The notes: generated by a model not told the origin, from the letters alone. A stretch of DNA of 64,000 nucleotides from Planktothricoides raciborskii GIHE-MW2 (GCF_040564635.1 NZ_CP159837.1:355801-419800), one strand, 5' to 3'; positions 1 through 10,703 are shown, counted from the stretch's first letter. Translations and numbers: made by a program.

Positions 1-1
1 C

Positions 2-280
2 CACCTAACGGAACGCACCCTAATTTCCCAATTAATCACGACCCTAGATACCCTCTCAACTTGCAAAAGTGAGATTGTCACCAAGCTTATGGTGAAATTA
101 GCCACTGATTTAAGTCAAGATTTACTTATATTTTATGCTGCCAATCCCATCTGGAGCAAAATTAAAACCGAAAATTTGGCTTTGGCACAAGCCAGATTAG
201 GCTTAATTTTAACCACGCAAATTGTCTTAAAACTCTTACTAGAAAAAGGTTTAGGGATTTTGCCCCCCCAAGAGATGTAA
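2..280 (+). CDS. partial CDS (3' end of a gene starting upstream of the window); unknown function
   Basis: Reading frame is open from base 2 to the TAA at 278-280 with no stop; the ORF track only reports the part from the internal Met at 89. Confidence 0.3.
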   Translation, partial: HLTERTLISQLITTLDTLSTCKSEIVTKLMVKLATDLSQDLLIFYAANPIWSKIKTENLALAQARLGLILTTQIVLKLLLEKGLGILPPQEM

Positions 281-354
281 CCACCGAACCATCAGACAAG
301 CAAAAAATTCCTCCCAAGACTCGAAAAAAACTTGATAATTTTTGCCCAAGGGGG

Positions 355-383
355 TGACAAATCGGGTAACTATTCGCTATACT
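355..383 (+). promoter_or_regulatory. sigma70-like promoter TGACAA-N17-TATACT
   Basis: TGACAA at 355-360, 17-nt spacer, TATACT at 378-383; followed about 7 nt later by a short ORF-free transcript-like segment ending in a terminator hairpin. Confidence 0.35.
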
Positions 384-388
384 GCGAT

Positions 389-472
389 TAGTGTGAGGAG
401 CGAACCAGTTAGAGCACCGAGACGAAACACGGCCAGTCGTCGGTGCTCTTTCTGATCTTTAGGTATTTTTTA
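389..472. ncRNA. candidate small RNA (either a plus-strand sRNA driven by the promoter above, or a Yfr1-like RNA on the minus strand)
   Basis: No ORF; perfect 14-bp GC-rich stem (411-424 / 436-449) followed by a T-rich tail on the plus strand; minus strand carries GCUCCUCACAC (391-400), which matches the conserved Yfr1 single-stranded motif ACUCCUCACAC at 10/11 positions, next to the same stem-loop. Confidence 0.3.
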
Positions 473-606
473 TTAGATATTGGTTGTTAAATATTGGTTG
501 TTAAATATTAGTTGTTAGATATTGGTTATTAGATATTGGTTATTCGAGAGCAACAACCCCTAATAACCAACAGCCCCTAATAACTAATAACTAACAACCA
601 ATAACA
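470..606. repeat. about 14-bp tandem repeat (ATATTGGTTGTTAA-like, about 5 copies) followed by its inverted complement (AATAACCAAC...)
   Basis: Direct reading; the two halves can form a long imperfect hairpin; related TTGGTTGTTGG/AATAACCAA low-complexity blocks recur at 4196-4256, 44892-44950, 46750-46860 and 59100-59210. Confidence 0.6.
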
Positions 607-609
607 AAA

Positions 610-1095
610 TTACTGGTGCAATTCTCGCTCAATTGCCCCAGTCAACTCCGCTGACTCGGGGGTGACGCTACTACGATAGCGCCCTACCACTTCACCTTTT
701 TTATTAACCAGAAATTTCTCAAAATTCCAAGAAACATCTCCCGGTGGTTTGCCCTGACTGGTTAACATAGTATAAAGGGGATGTTGCTGCGACCCTTTGG
801 CATGAACTTTATCAAAGAGATCAAAAGTAACACCATAATTTTTGGTGCAGAATTGGACAATTTCCTGATTAGTTCCTGGTTCTTGGGCACCATAATCATT
901 GCAAGGAAATCCCAAGACCCGTAAGCCAGAATCTTTATATTTCTGGTGCAGTTTTTCCAGACCAGCATATTGAGGAGTATAGCCGCAGTAAGAAGCTAAG
1001 TTAACAATTAGCAATACATTGCCTGCATAGTCTTTGAGGGATTTATCTTCCCCGGCGATGGTCTTAACGGTAAGGTCGTGAATTGTTTCGCTCAT
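610..1095 (-). CDS. gpx: glutathione peroxidase
   Basis: 161 aa; NLASYCGYT / LGFPCNDYGAQEPG / FLVNKKGEVV motifs typical of the GPx family. Confidence 0.9.
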   Translation of the reverse strand: MSETIHDLTVKTIAGEDKSLKDYAGNVLLIVNLASYCGYTPQYAGLEKLHQKYKDSGLRVLGFPCNDYGAQEPGTNQEIVQFCTKNYGVTFDLFDKVHAKGSQQHPLYTMLTSQGKPPGDVSWNFEKFLVNKKGEVVGRYRSSVTPESAELTGAIERELHQ

Positions 1096-1372
1096 TTGGG
1101 TTATGATTTTTTTGTAGGTAAACTCTATTATATGACAATTATGACAATTGGGAACAATTGCTGTTATTTTTATTTAATAGTTTCAATTATTTTTGATTAT
1201 TTAAAAGGCTGGCTGGCGGGCTTTTGTTGGCCAATGAAACTGCTGAAATTGACAATTCAATGGTTATATTCATTGGTTAAAATATCAAGTTAATCAACTT
1301 AATCAAGTTAAAAGGAAATCACCCCTAGTAAATATAGAGGTGATGCGGATGGTGTTTGCTGGTGGGGATTGA

Positions 1373-2089
1373 TTAATCCGCTTTGAAGCATTGAGAAATT
1401 AGCCAAGTCACGCCAGCACCACCGAGAGCGATCGCACTATATGATAACCAAGAGTTTTCTGCTGGCTGACTTTGAATTTGACTAGCCGGTGACTCATAAG
1501 AAGCGGAATAAGTCGTGGCATATTCAGGGTTGATTAACACCTTACCGGCTAACCCACCGCTAATGATTAAAATCATCCAAGTTGCGCCACAAACAGCCCA
1601 GCCATAGCGGGTCATTAGGTTTAAAAATACCCTTAACCTGGGGTAGGATCTGGCGACTCTTCGGGCCGGACGACGAACTCGGATTTTGCGGGGTCTTTCG
1701 ATGACCTGCGGTGAGGCACTGAGCGATCGCCTCACAGAAACCTCAGTGGTAGGAGGCAGCGGGTTCAATTGACGAGAAGCACGAGCCGCTCGCCAATGCT
1801 GAAAAGTAGGAATGGACTGGTTTTCTTCGATCTGGTTTACCGTTAAACGGCGCAACCGCTGTAGCTGATATTCTTGGTTTGGCGTCAGGTGGCCTAACTG
1901 CAAAGGGGGCGGTGACACTGGAGGCACTAAAGCTTGCAAGCGTTTTAGCTGCCGCTGCTGGTAAGAGTCGCGATCGTACCAGTCTAGATCGCTCCAACTT
2001 GATATGGAATTCAAGGGTTCAATGGTGGGCGATCGGGAGAAGAATGATTGCGAGTTTGGGTAATTCATCATTAGTCTGGAGTCTGGCAA
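1373..2089 (-). CDS. hypothetical proline/arginine-rich protein with a C-terminal transmembrane segment
   Basis: 238-aa ORF, low-complexity N-terminal two-thirds, one predicted TM helix near the C-terminus; start uncertain; no recognisable family. Confidence 0.35.
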   Translation of the reverse strand: MPDSRLMMNYPNSQSFFSRSPTIEPLNSISSWSDLDWYDRDSYQQRQLKRLQALVPPVSPPPLQLGHLTPNQEYQLQRLRRLTVNQIEENQSIPTFQHWRAARASRQLNPLPPTTEVSVRRSLSASPQVIERPRKIRVRRPARRVARSYPRLRVFLNLMTRYGWAVCGATWMILIISGGLAGKVLINPEYATTYSASYESPASQIQSQPAENSWLSYSAIALGGAGVTWLISQCFKAD

Positions 2090-2092
2090 TTA

Positions 2093-2205
2093 AGTCTGGC
2101 AATTAATTCTGGCAGTAGTATGGCAATTAATTTCTGGCAATGATCTGGCAATGATCTGGCAATGATCTGGCAATGAATTGAAATAAATGAATTGAAATAA
2201 CCGAT
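2093..2205. repeat. tandem repeats (CTGGCAATGAT x4; GAATTGAAATAA x2); a further CCGGGAAAAATT x3 block at 2366-2402
   Basis: Direct reading of the sequence. Confidence 0.6.
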
Positions 2206-2410
2206 TAACCTTTAAGCCGTTAAACTAAGCGGTTAAAGATCAAATATCCATGCTCAAGCATCAATTATCAACGATCCCAGAGCAGATTCCCGAACAAATT
2301 TCACCCTGAACTATTAATCAGGTTAACAATTCCGGGGGGAATTCCCTTGACTCCCCTCGGAAACAATAGGGGGAAAAATTCCGGGAAAAATTCCGGGAAA
2401 AATTAACTGG

Positions 2411-3478
2411 TTAACTCGCGGGATGTCGTTCTAAAGCCAGTTGAATCAGGCGATTGACTAATTCTGGAAACGGAATGCCCGTGGCCGCCCAAAGCTGGGG
2501 ATACATACTCAAAGAAGTAAAACCGGGCAGGGTGTTCACTTCATTAATCAAGATTTCGCCAGTTGCTTCTACATAAAAGAAGTCCATTCTCGCCAAACCC
2601 GCACAATCAATGGCTAAAAAGGCTTTGACCGCCATTTCTTGAATTTGCGTGGTCACGTCCGGGCTTAATGCTGCCGGAATATGCAGTTGCGCTTTACCGT
2701 CGGTATATTTGGTTTCGTAGTCGTAAAAATCACTTTGATAAGTAATTTCTCCCACCACAGAGGCTTTTGGCTGGTCATTTCCTAATACCGCACATTCTAC
2801 CTCTCTGGCGACAACTCCGGCTTCCACAATCAAACGGCGGTCAAAGGTGGCGGCTTTGTCTAAAGCGGCTTCCAGTTCAGAGCGCGATCGCACCTTGGAA
2901 ATGCCCACGGAAGAACCCAAGTTGGCCGGTTTCACGAAACAAGGATAGCCCAAAGTTTCCTCGATTTTGTCGCAAAGTTTGGGAAAGACACAAGGATTTG
3001 ACCAAACCTCTGAGCGACTAACACTCATATATTTAACTTGGGACAAACCAGCCTGAGCAAAGGCATCTTTCATGGCTAATTTATCCATACCCACCGCCGA
3101 ACCCGTGACCCCACTACCCACAAATGGCGCTTGCATTAAGGTCAATAATCCTTGAATGGTGCCATCTTCGCCGTTTGGCCCGTGGATGATGGGAAACCAA
3201 ACATCCACTTCTGCGGCAGCAGGGGGAAATTGCCATAACTGCGATCGCCGCTCGATAATTTCTGAACAGGCGATCGCCTCTCCGGTTTCTAGCACCTGTT
3301 GCGCCACCGCTGGGCCTTGCCACAAGCCATTTTTCTGCACATAAAACGGCAGCATTTCATATTTATCACCATTGCCGCCCTCTCTCAGTCCACGAGCGAT
3401 CGCCCGCGCTGAGATAATCGAGACTTCATGCTCCCCGGAACGACCGCCAAACAACAGACCCACCCGCAATTTTGTCAT
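2411..3478 (-). CDS. ddl: D-alanine--D-alanine ligase
   Basis: [20 protein letters not shown]... and ATP-grasp motifs; the ORF track extends 38 codons further upstream, but the Ddl-like N-terminus begins at the Met at 3478. Confidence 0.9.
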   Translation of the reverse strand: MTKLRVGLLFGGRSGEHEVSIISARAIARGLREGGNGDKYEMLPFYVQKNGLWQGPAVAQQVLETGEAIACSEIIERRSQLWQFPPAAAEVDVWFPIIHGPNGEDGTIQGLLTLMQAPFVGSGVTGSAVGMDKLAMKDAFAQAGLSQVKYMSVSRSEVWSNPCVFPKLCDKIEETLGYPCFVKPANLGSSVGISKVRSRSELEAALDKAATFDRRLIVEAGVVAREVECAVLGNDQPKASVVGEITYQSDFYDYETKYTDGKAQLHIPAALSPDVTTQIQEMAVKAFLAIDCAGLARMDFFYVEATGEILINEVNTLPGFTSLSMYPQLWAATGIPFPELVNRLIQLALERHPAS

Positions 3479-3620
3479 ACTTTCCTTTTCCTCTCTTTGA
3501 CTGAAGTCCGTACACCCCCAACCACACATTATCCGAGATAGCCTAGCATAACAGGCGATCGGCGAGGGTATAACATAATTGATAATTATCAATTATCAAT
3601 TACCTAAGATCCAGCCCGGA

Positions 3621-4046
3621 CTAAACCGTAGCCACCGCTGATTTAGTCGTAGCAGTTCCTTGAGTGCCGAGTTGAATCAACTCAATCTTGTAACCATCGG
3701 GATCTTCCACAAAAGCAATCACCGTGGATCCGTGCTTCATCGGCCCAGGTTCGCGAGTCACTTTTCCTCCTTGGGCTTTAATCTGCTCGCAGGTATCATA
3801 AATATCATCAACGCCTAAAGCAATATGACCATAAGCATTTCCCAGGTCGTACTTCTCAACCCCCCAGTTATAAGTCAACTCAATCACCGTATGGTCTGAC
3901 TCATCCCCATAGCCCACAAACGCCAGGGTAAACTCGCCCCCCGGATAGTCTTTTTGGCGTAAAAGCTTCATCCCCAGCACATTGCAGTAAAAGTCCAGAG
4001 ATTTTTCCAAGTTGCCGACTCGCAACATCGTGTGTAGCATTCGCAT
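3621..4046 (-). CDS. gloA: lactoylglutathione lyase (glyoxalase I)
   Basis: 141 aa; [20 protein letters not shown]...HIALGVDD...[13 protein letters not shown] is typical GloA. Confidence 0.9.
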   Translation of the reverse strand: MRMLHTMLRVGNLEKSLDFYCNVLGMKLLRQKDYPGGEFTLAFVGYGDESDHTVIELTYNWGVEKYDLGNAYGHIALGVDDIYDTCEQIKAQGGKVTREPGPMKHGSTVIAFVEDPDGYKIELIQLGTQGTATTKSAVATV

Positions 4047-4317
4047 ATCTGAATTATCCCAATTTCTTGACTTTATTTCTTGACTTTGATTTATTTTACG
4101 AGTCTATTCACAAATAGGGAATGTTGGCGGTTGACCGTCCGCAAGTCATAAGGGAACCAATGACCAAGGACTTCCTGGCAAACAACTTTCCAACTTTCCA
4201 ACTTTCCAACAAATAATAAATAATAAATAACAAATAACAAATAACAAATAACATTTTTTCGGGATCGATAGATATTCTTAAATATCGTCAGTTTTGAGAA
4301 AGTTGGCTGTATCTTGA

Positions 4318-5709
<1,392 letters not shown>

Positions 5710-5721
5710 TAGTCAAAAACT

Positions 5722-5810
5722 CCGGTTTTTTTCGGTAAAAACCGGGGTAATTCTACTGCTAAAATATCAGCTTAAATTTTGCCCGCTGATTCAGTATTTG
5801 AATCAGCGGG
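5722..5810 (+). terminator. two consecutive hairpins after eno (CCGGTTTTT..AAAAACCGG and CCCGCTGATTCA..TGAATCAGCGGG)
   Basis: Perfect inverted repeats with T-rich flanks directly downstream of the eno stop. Confidence 0.55.
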
Positions 5811-5879
5811 TTGATTATTCAGATTTTATAAGTTAAAATAATTAATTGATAATAATCATACCATTTTTGGTTACTAATT

Positions 5880-6480
5880 CCTGTAGGGGCAAACCATGAC
5901 CGCAGATATAGCAATTGTCATAGTTATGAAGTACAAAAAAAAACTGTCATTCCCGCGCGGGAATCCAGAAAAACTCTGTACTTCATTCGGACAATAACCG
6001 CTTTATTTGTCGGTTAAAAAATTAATTTTAATCCGGTCATGCTTTGCCCTGATCTGCGGTGTGTGTTCAAATCCAGAATTAACTGCCGGTCAGGGCGGCG
6101 TTGCATTCGGGTAAAGAATTAACTGTTCAAATCCAGAATTAACTGCCAGAATGCTTCGCCCCTACAACCCCCCTACAACTGTAGGGGCAAAGCATGACCG
6201 CAGATATTTCTTGGTTAACCGATTAATTTTAATACGGTCATGCTTTGCCCTTACCAGCCGTGTGAGTTCCAACCCAGAATTAACGGTCAGGGCGAAGGAT
6301 TCGGGTAAAGAATTAACTGTTCAAATCGAGAATTAACTGCTGGTAAGGGCGGCGTTGCATTCGGGTAAAGAATTAACTGTTCAAATCCAGAATTAACTGC
6401 TGGTAAGGGCGGCGTTGCATTCGGGTAAAGAATTAACTGTTCAAATCCAGAATTAACTGCCCGAATGCTTCGCCCCTACA
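5880..6480. repeat. composite tandem repeat: two copies of an about 300-bp unit, the second containing three copies of a 60-bp subunit (6301-6480); unit 1 carries an about 60-bp mini-MITE at 5926-5990
   Basis: CTGTAGGGGCAAAsCATGACCGCAGATAT starts both units (5880, 6178); GGGTAAAGAATTAACTGTTCAAATCCAGAATTAACTGC subunits are repeated; mini-MITE has 10-bp TIRs ATGAAGTACA / TGTACTTCAT around a GTCATTCCCGCGCGGGAATC core. Confidence 0.7.
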
Positions 6481-6558
6481 GAAACCATCACCATCGTCAA
6501 CCCGTGGCACAATAAATAAAAGAACCTGACCCACCAGCCAAACCCAGAGGCAAATATC

Positions 6559-9207
6559 GTGTATTGGCAACCCGGACATAAACTCAAAACCCGCCCCTAT
6601 CAAATTGAAGCGGAGATCGGACAAGGCGGTTTCGGCATCACCTACAAAGCGCGACATCTTGAACTCAAGCATCAAGTAGTGCTGAAAACCCCCAACGCCA
6701 TGCTCCGCAACGACCCCGCCTATCCCAGATTTGAAGAGCGTTTTCGCAAAGAAGGGCAAATGCTGGCCCAACTGAGCCAACAAGCTCATCCTTCCATTGT
6801 GCGGGTCAGCGACTTATTTACCGAAGATAGTATCCCCTGTTTGGTGATGGATTTGGTGCCGGGGGGTAGTTTATTCGACCTGGTACAAGAACGCGGCCCC
6901 CTCCCGGAAACCCAGGCGGTGGAGTGTATTCGCCAAATTGCCGATGCGTTGGTTGTGTCCCATGACATAGGAATTGTGCATCGGGACGCCCACGCCCTCA
7001 ATATTATGGTGGCGAATCAAAACCGGGCAGTATTGATTGATTTTGGCATTGCGGGGGATATTGCCCCGATGGTGAGCAAAACGCGCCTCGCATTTAATCC
7101 CGCATTTGCCCCTTATGAGCAAATTGTTAGGGGCAGTGGTTTACCCACGGTGGATGTTTACACTCTCGGTGCCTCCTTATATTATGCGGTGACAGGAGAG
7201 CTACCCACTCCGGCTTTAGAACGGAAAGATAACCAGGCTTTGATACCGCCAAAACAGCATAATCCCCAGATTAGCGATAAGTTACAGGCAGCGATTATTC
7301 AAGCAATGGCCCTGGAAGCGGCAAACCGACCCCAAACCATGCGGGATTTTTTGGCTTTGCTGCCAACAGGGGCAAACCAGCAGTCCGTGTCCCCGCCACC
7401 AGGGGCAAATCAACAACCCATGTCCCCGTCACCAAGGGCAAACTATTTTATCCTTCCAGAATTGACCGCCCAAGGCATGGTGCTACGACTGGGACGGGGA
7501 GAAATCAAAGAAGTAATTCCCCTGAACCAGGAATTAACCATAGTCATTGCTGGTGGCAGTGCAACCCTATTTAACCTGCGGACAGGGGAAGCCCTCTGGG
7601 AAATTGACTGTCCTGCTTGGGGTGGGGCGGTGACTGCTGACGGGCGGCTGTTGGCTTTAGGTGGATACAAAGATATTTACCTCTGGGATTTAACTACGGG
7701 GCAGTTTTTGCGCCAATTCCAGGGACATACATGGTATGTGAATAGCGTAGCCTTCAGTCCTGATGGTCGAACCCTGGCTTCTGGGAGTAGGGATAAAACC
7801 GTGCGACTATGGGATGTGGCAACGGGACGGGAACTGCGCCAACTCCAGGGACAGACAAGCATTGTGAGAAGCGTAGGCTTCAGTGCCGATGGGAAATACG
7901 TGGCTTCTGGGAGTGAGGACGAAACAGTGCGACTGTGGGATGTGGCTACGGGACGGGAACTGCGCCAACTCACTGGACATACAAACTATGTGAATAGCGT
8001 CAGCTTCAGTCCAGATGGTCAAACCCTGGCTTCTGGGAGTCGGGATAAAACAGTGCGACTGTGGGATGTGGCTACGGGACGGGAACTGCGCCTACTCCAG
8101 GGACATACAAACAGTGTGAGAAGCGTAGTCTTCAGTCGAGATGGTCAAACCCTGGCTTCTGGGGGTGAGGATACCGTGCGACTGTGGGATGTGGCTACGG
8201 GACGGGAACTCCGCCAACTCCAGGGACATACAGAATGGGTGTGGAGCGTCAACTTCAGTCCCAATGGTAAAACCCTGGCTTCTGGGGGTGAGGATACCGT
8301 GCGACTGTGGGATGTGGTGACGGGAGAGGAACTGCAACTGCGCCAACTCACCGGACATACAAGCTATGTGAATAGCGTCAGCTTCAGTCCCGATGGTCAA
8401 ACCCTGGCTTCTGGGAGTTCGGATAATACAGTGCGACTGTGGGATGTGGCTACGGGACGGGAACTGCGCCAACTCATCAGACATACATTCTGGGTGAATA
8501 GCGTCAGCTTCAGTCCCGATGGTAAAACCCTGGCTTCTGGGAGTAGGGATAAAACAGTGCGGCTGTGGGATGTGGCAACGGGACGGGAACTCCGCCAACT
8601 CACTGGACATACAAACGATGTGACTAGCGTCAGCTTCAGTCCCGATGGTCTAACCCTGGCTTCTGGGATTGGGAATAAAACAGTGCGACTGTGGGATGTG
8701 GCTACGGGACAGTTTTTGCGCCAACTCCAGGGACATACAGGCGGTGTGAAAAGCGTCAGCTTCAGCCCTAATGGCCAAATCCTGGCTTCTGGGAGTGGAG
8801 ATGAAACCGTGCGGCTGTGGGATGTGACCACGGGACGAGAACTGCACCAATTCACTGGACATACAAGCTATGTGAGTAGCGTCAGCTTCAGTCCTGATGG
8901 TAAAACCCTGGCTTCTGGGAGTTGGGATAATACCGTGCGACTGTGGGATGTGGCTACGGGACGGGAACTGCGCCAACTCACCGGACATACAAGAAGTGTG
9001 TATAGCGTCAGCTTCAGTCGAGATGGTAAAACTCTGGCTTGTGGGAGTTGGGATAATACAGTGCGACTGTGGGATGTGGCTACGGGACGGGAACTGCGCC
9101 TACTCCAGGGACATACAGACACTGTGTATAGCGTGGCATTCAGCCCCAATGGCCAAATCCTGGCTTCTGGGAGTAAGGATGGTGTGGTGCGGTTGTGGCG
9201 GTTGTAG
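6559..9207 (+). CDS. Ser/Thr protein kinase with about 14 C-terminal WD40 repeats
   Basis: N-terminal Hanks kinase motifs (VLKTP, HRDAHALNIMV, DFGIAG); then a Pro/Gln-rich linker and repeated ...GHTxxVxSVxFSPDGxTLASGSxDxTVRLWDVATGRELRQL... units with near-identical nucleotide sequence. Confidence 0.9.
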   Translation: MYWQPGHKLKTRPYQIEAEIGQGGFGITYKARHLELKHQVVLKTPNAMLRNDPAYPRFEERFRKEGQMLAQLSQQAHPSIVRVSDLFTEDSIPCLVMDLVPGGSLFDLVQERGPLPETQAVECIRQIADALVVSHDIGIVHRDAHALNIMVANQNRAVLIDFGIAGDIAPMVSKTRLAFNPAFAPYEQIVRGSGLPTVDVYTLGASLYYAVTGELPTPALERKDNQALIPPKQHNPQISDKLQAAIIQAMALEAANRPQTMRDFLALLPTGANQQSVSPPPGANQQPMSPSPRANYFILPELTAQGMVLRLGRGEIKEVIPLNQELTIVIAGGSATLFNLRTGEALWEIDCPAWGGAVTADGRLLALGGYKDIYLWDLTTGQFLRQFQGHTWYVNSVAFSPDGRTLASGSRDKTVRLWDVATGRELRQLQGQTSIVRSVGFSADGKYVASGSEDETVRLWDVATGRELRQLTGHTNYVNSVSFSPDGQTLASGSRDKTVRLWDVATGRELRLLQGHTNSVRSVVFSRDGQTLASGGEDTVRLWDVATGRELRQLQGHTEWVWSVNFSPNGKTLASGGEDTVRLWDVVTGEELQLRQLTGHTSYVNSVSFSPDGQTLASGSSDNTVRLWDVATGRELRQLIRHTFWVNSVSFSPDGKTLASGSRDKTVRLWDVATGRELRQLTGHTNDVTSVSFSPDGLTLASGIGNKTVRLWDVATGQFLRQLQGHTGGVKSVSFSPNGQILASGSGDETVRLWDVTTGRELHQFTGHTSYVSSVSFSPDGKTLASGSWDNTVRLWDVATGRELRQLTGHTRSVYSVSFSRDGKTLACGSWDNTVRLWDVATGRELRLLQGHTDTVYSVAFSPNGQILASGSKDGVVRLWRL

Positions 9208-9239
9208 GGGTTCGGTGGGGTTGGGGTGTAGGGTGTGCG

Positions 9240-9700
9240 GGGTGGTTCTGTAGGGGCGAAGCATTCCGGCAAATGATTTTTGACTGAAACGGAGGATATA
9301 TTACCGGAATGCTTCGCCCTCTGCGGGGTTCAACAATACCAGGGCGAAGCATCCCGGTAATAGGTTGCTGGTTAAGAGCGATAACATATCTGCCGGGATG
9401 CTTCGCCCCTACGGGGTTCATGCCATTATGTAGGGGCGAAGCATGATTGGCAAAGAATCTCTGGGACAAAACCAGCAACCTATTACCCGAATGCTTCGCC
9501 CTCATATTATTTTAGAGGAGAGAAACAGATAATTTTTCCAGCGGTAAGGGCGAAGCATTCCGTAGGGGCGAAGCATTCCGGCAGTCAATTTAATATTCCA
9601 AGCAATAGGTTATCTGCCGGAATGCTTCGCCCGTACATTAATATTTTAAGCAATAATTTATCCGCCGGAATGCTTCGCCCCTACAGGTATTTGTGGTTTA
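9240..9700. repeat. array of about 5 hairpin elements built from inverted copies of (T)GTAGGGGCGAAGCATTCCGG
   Basis: About 10 copies in alternating orientation, arms 45-60 bp apart; same family at 6150-6210, 6465-6480, 54486-54675 and 58800-58870. Confidence 0.75.
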
Positions 9701-9725
9701 TTAAATATAAAATTTCTGGCTGAAG

Positions 9726-9977
9726 ATGAATCCAATTAAATTACATGATTTAGTGGCAATTACAGAAAATATTAAAACCCAGCGGTTTATGAGTCCAGAA
9801 GAAATTATCTTACCCAGAGGGCAAGTGGGCACAGTTGTGGAAGAATATAATAATGGCACCGCTTTTGAAGTGGAATTTTCCGATGTGAATGGTCAAACTT
9901 ATGCGTTAGTTTCTTTGACTGCCGAACAAGTTATGTTACTTTATCCAGATTCGTCTAATCTTATTTTGACTTATTAA
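9726..9977 (+). CDS. DUF4926-family small protein
   Basis: 83 aa; hydrophobic beta-rich pattern (LHDLVAITENI...GQVGTVVEEYNNGTAFEVEF...YALVSLTAEQVMLLY) characteristic of DUF4926, a family usually found in two-gene (TA-like) cassettes; no partner gene here. Confidence 0.55.
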   Translation: MNPIKLHDLVAITENIKTQRFMSPEEIILPRGQVGTVVEEYNNGTAFEVEFSDVNGQTYALVSLTAEQVMLLYPDSSNLILTY

Positions 9978-10190
9978 GCAGAAACCCGGTTTCTAGGTTT
10001 TGGTGGGAGCAAAGAAACCGGGTTTCTGTTTGGCATTCCACAGATAATTGTGATATGTGGAAAAGAAACCCGGTTTCTAGGTTTGGGTGGGGGCAAAGAA
10101 ACCGGGTTTCTGTTTGGCATTCCACAGATAATTGTGATATGTGGAAAAGAAACCCGGTTTCTAGGTTTGGGTGGGTGCGATCGTTTCATT
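9978..10190. repeat. about 2.5 tandem copies of an 83-bp unit, each carrying two AGAAACCCGGTTTCT palindromes
   Basis: Unit boundaries at 9980, 10063 and 10146; lies between the convergent DUF4926 and DUF2281 genes. Confidence 0.8.
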
Positions 10191-10413
10191 CCATATATTC
10201 TTTCATGTCTTCAAGGGGTTCATCAAAGTCATCAGGCAGTGGTAAAACAAACATTCCTTGCATAGTTCCGGCAACACGACGCTTTTTTGGCGGCGGTTCT
10301 TGAACCGATGTTTCCGCGTGTTTCTCTATCAAAAACTCAATATAATGAAGCACTTCTGACTGAAGGGAATCAGGGAGTTTGGCTAATTTTTCTAAGAGAA
10401 CTGGCTGGATCAT
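10186..10413 (-). CDS. DUF2281-family small protein (antitoxin-like), solo
   Basis: MIQPVLLEKLAKLPDSLQSEVLHYIEFLIEKH... matches the DUF2281 N-terminal signature; the ORF track extends 43 codons upstream, but the family-like start is the Met at 10413. Confidence 0.55.
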   Translation of the reverse strand: MIQPVLLEKLAKLPDSLQSEVLHYIEFLIEKHAETSVQEPPPKKRRVAGTMQGMFVLPLPDDFDEPLEDMKEYME

Positions 10414-10703
10414 AGTTTCTGCTCGCGATCGCAAACTATCACTTCTATTAAAACAGCGATCGCCCAATTTTGTCAACATTAGCCATGATTTTTTTATGGT
10501 GCCTAGCTTAATTATTCGATAATTGTAAACCTGTAGGGACACGGCATTGCCGTGTCCTCAAACAATGCCGTGTCCTAAATATGAAAAATTAAGAGCGATC
10601 GCATATTTTTATCGAGGATTAATCGGTGCGTTACGACCCGATTAAAGGTTAAATTTATTTAGCATAAATAGTCGCGGGTCTAACGCACCCTACGCATATT
10701 TTA

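Noticed and set aside
2767-3344. Plus-strand ORFs (84 and 62 aa) inside ddl
   Set aside because: They are antisense to a confidently identified ddl gene.
6060-6470. tRNA-like T-loop motif GTTCAAATCC occurring several times
   Set aside because: It is part of the 60-bp tandem subunit. There is no acceptor or anticodon stem context and it occurs in multiple copies, so it is not a tRNA gene.
6433-7122. Minus-strand ORFs (118, 71 and 83 aa) overlapping the start of the kinase gene
   Set aside because: They overlap the strongly supported kinase domain coding region on the other strand and have no family resemblance.
7677-9272. Six sizable minus-strand ORFs (up to 172 aa; ...SRPVATSHSRTV... repeats) antisense to the WD40 kinase gene
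   Set aside because: They mirror the periodic WD40 nucleotide repeats, are mutually similar and overlap a well-supported plus-strand gene. They are antisense artefacts.
9240-9700. Possible CRISPR array (regularly spaced 20-bp repeats)
   Set aside because: Repeat copies alternate in orientation, forming inverted pairs or hairpins. The 'spacers' are the hairpin loops of the same dispersed family found elsewhere in the window. There are no cas genes. It is not CRISPR.
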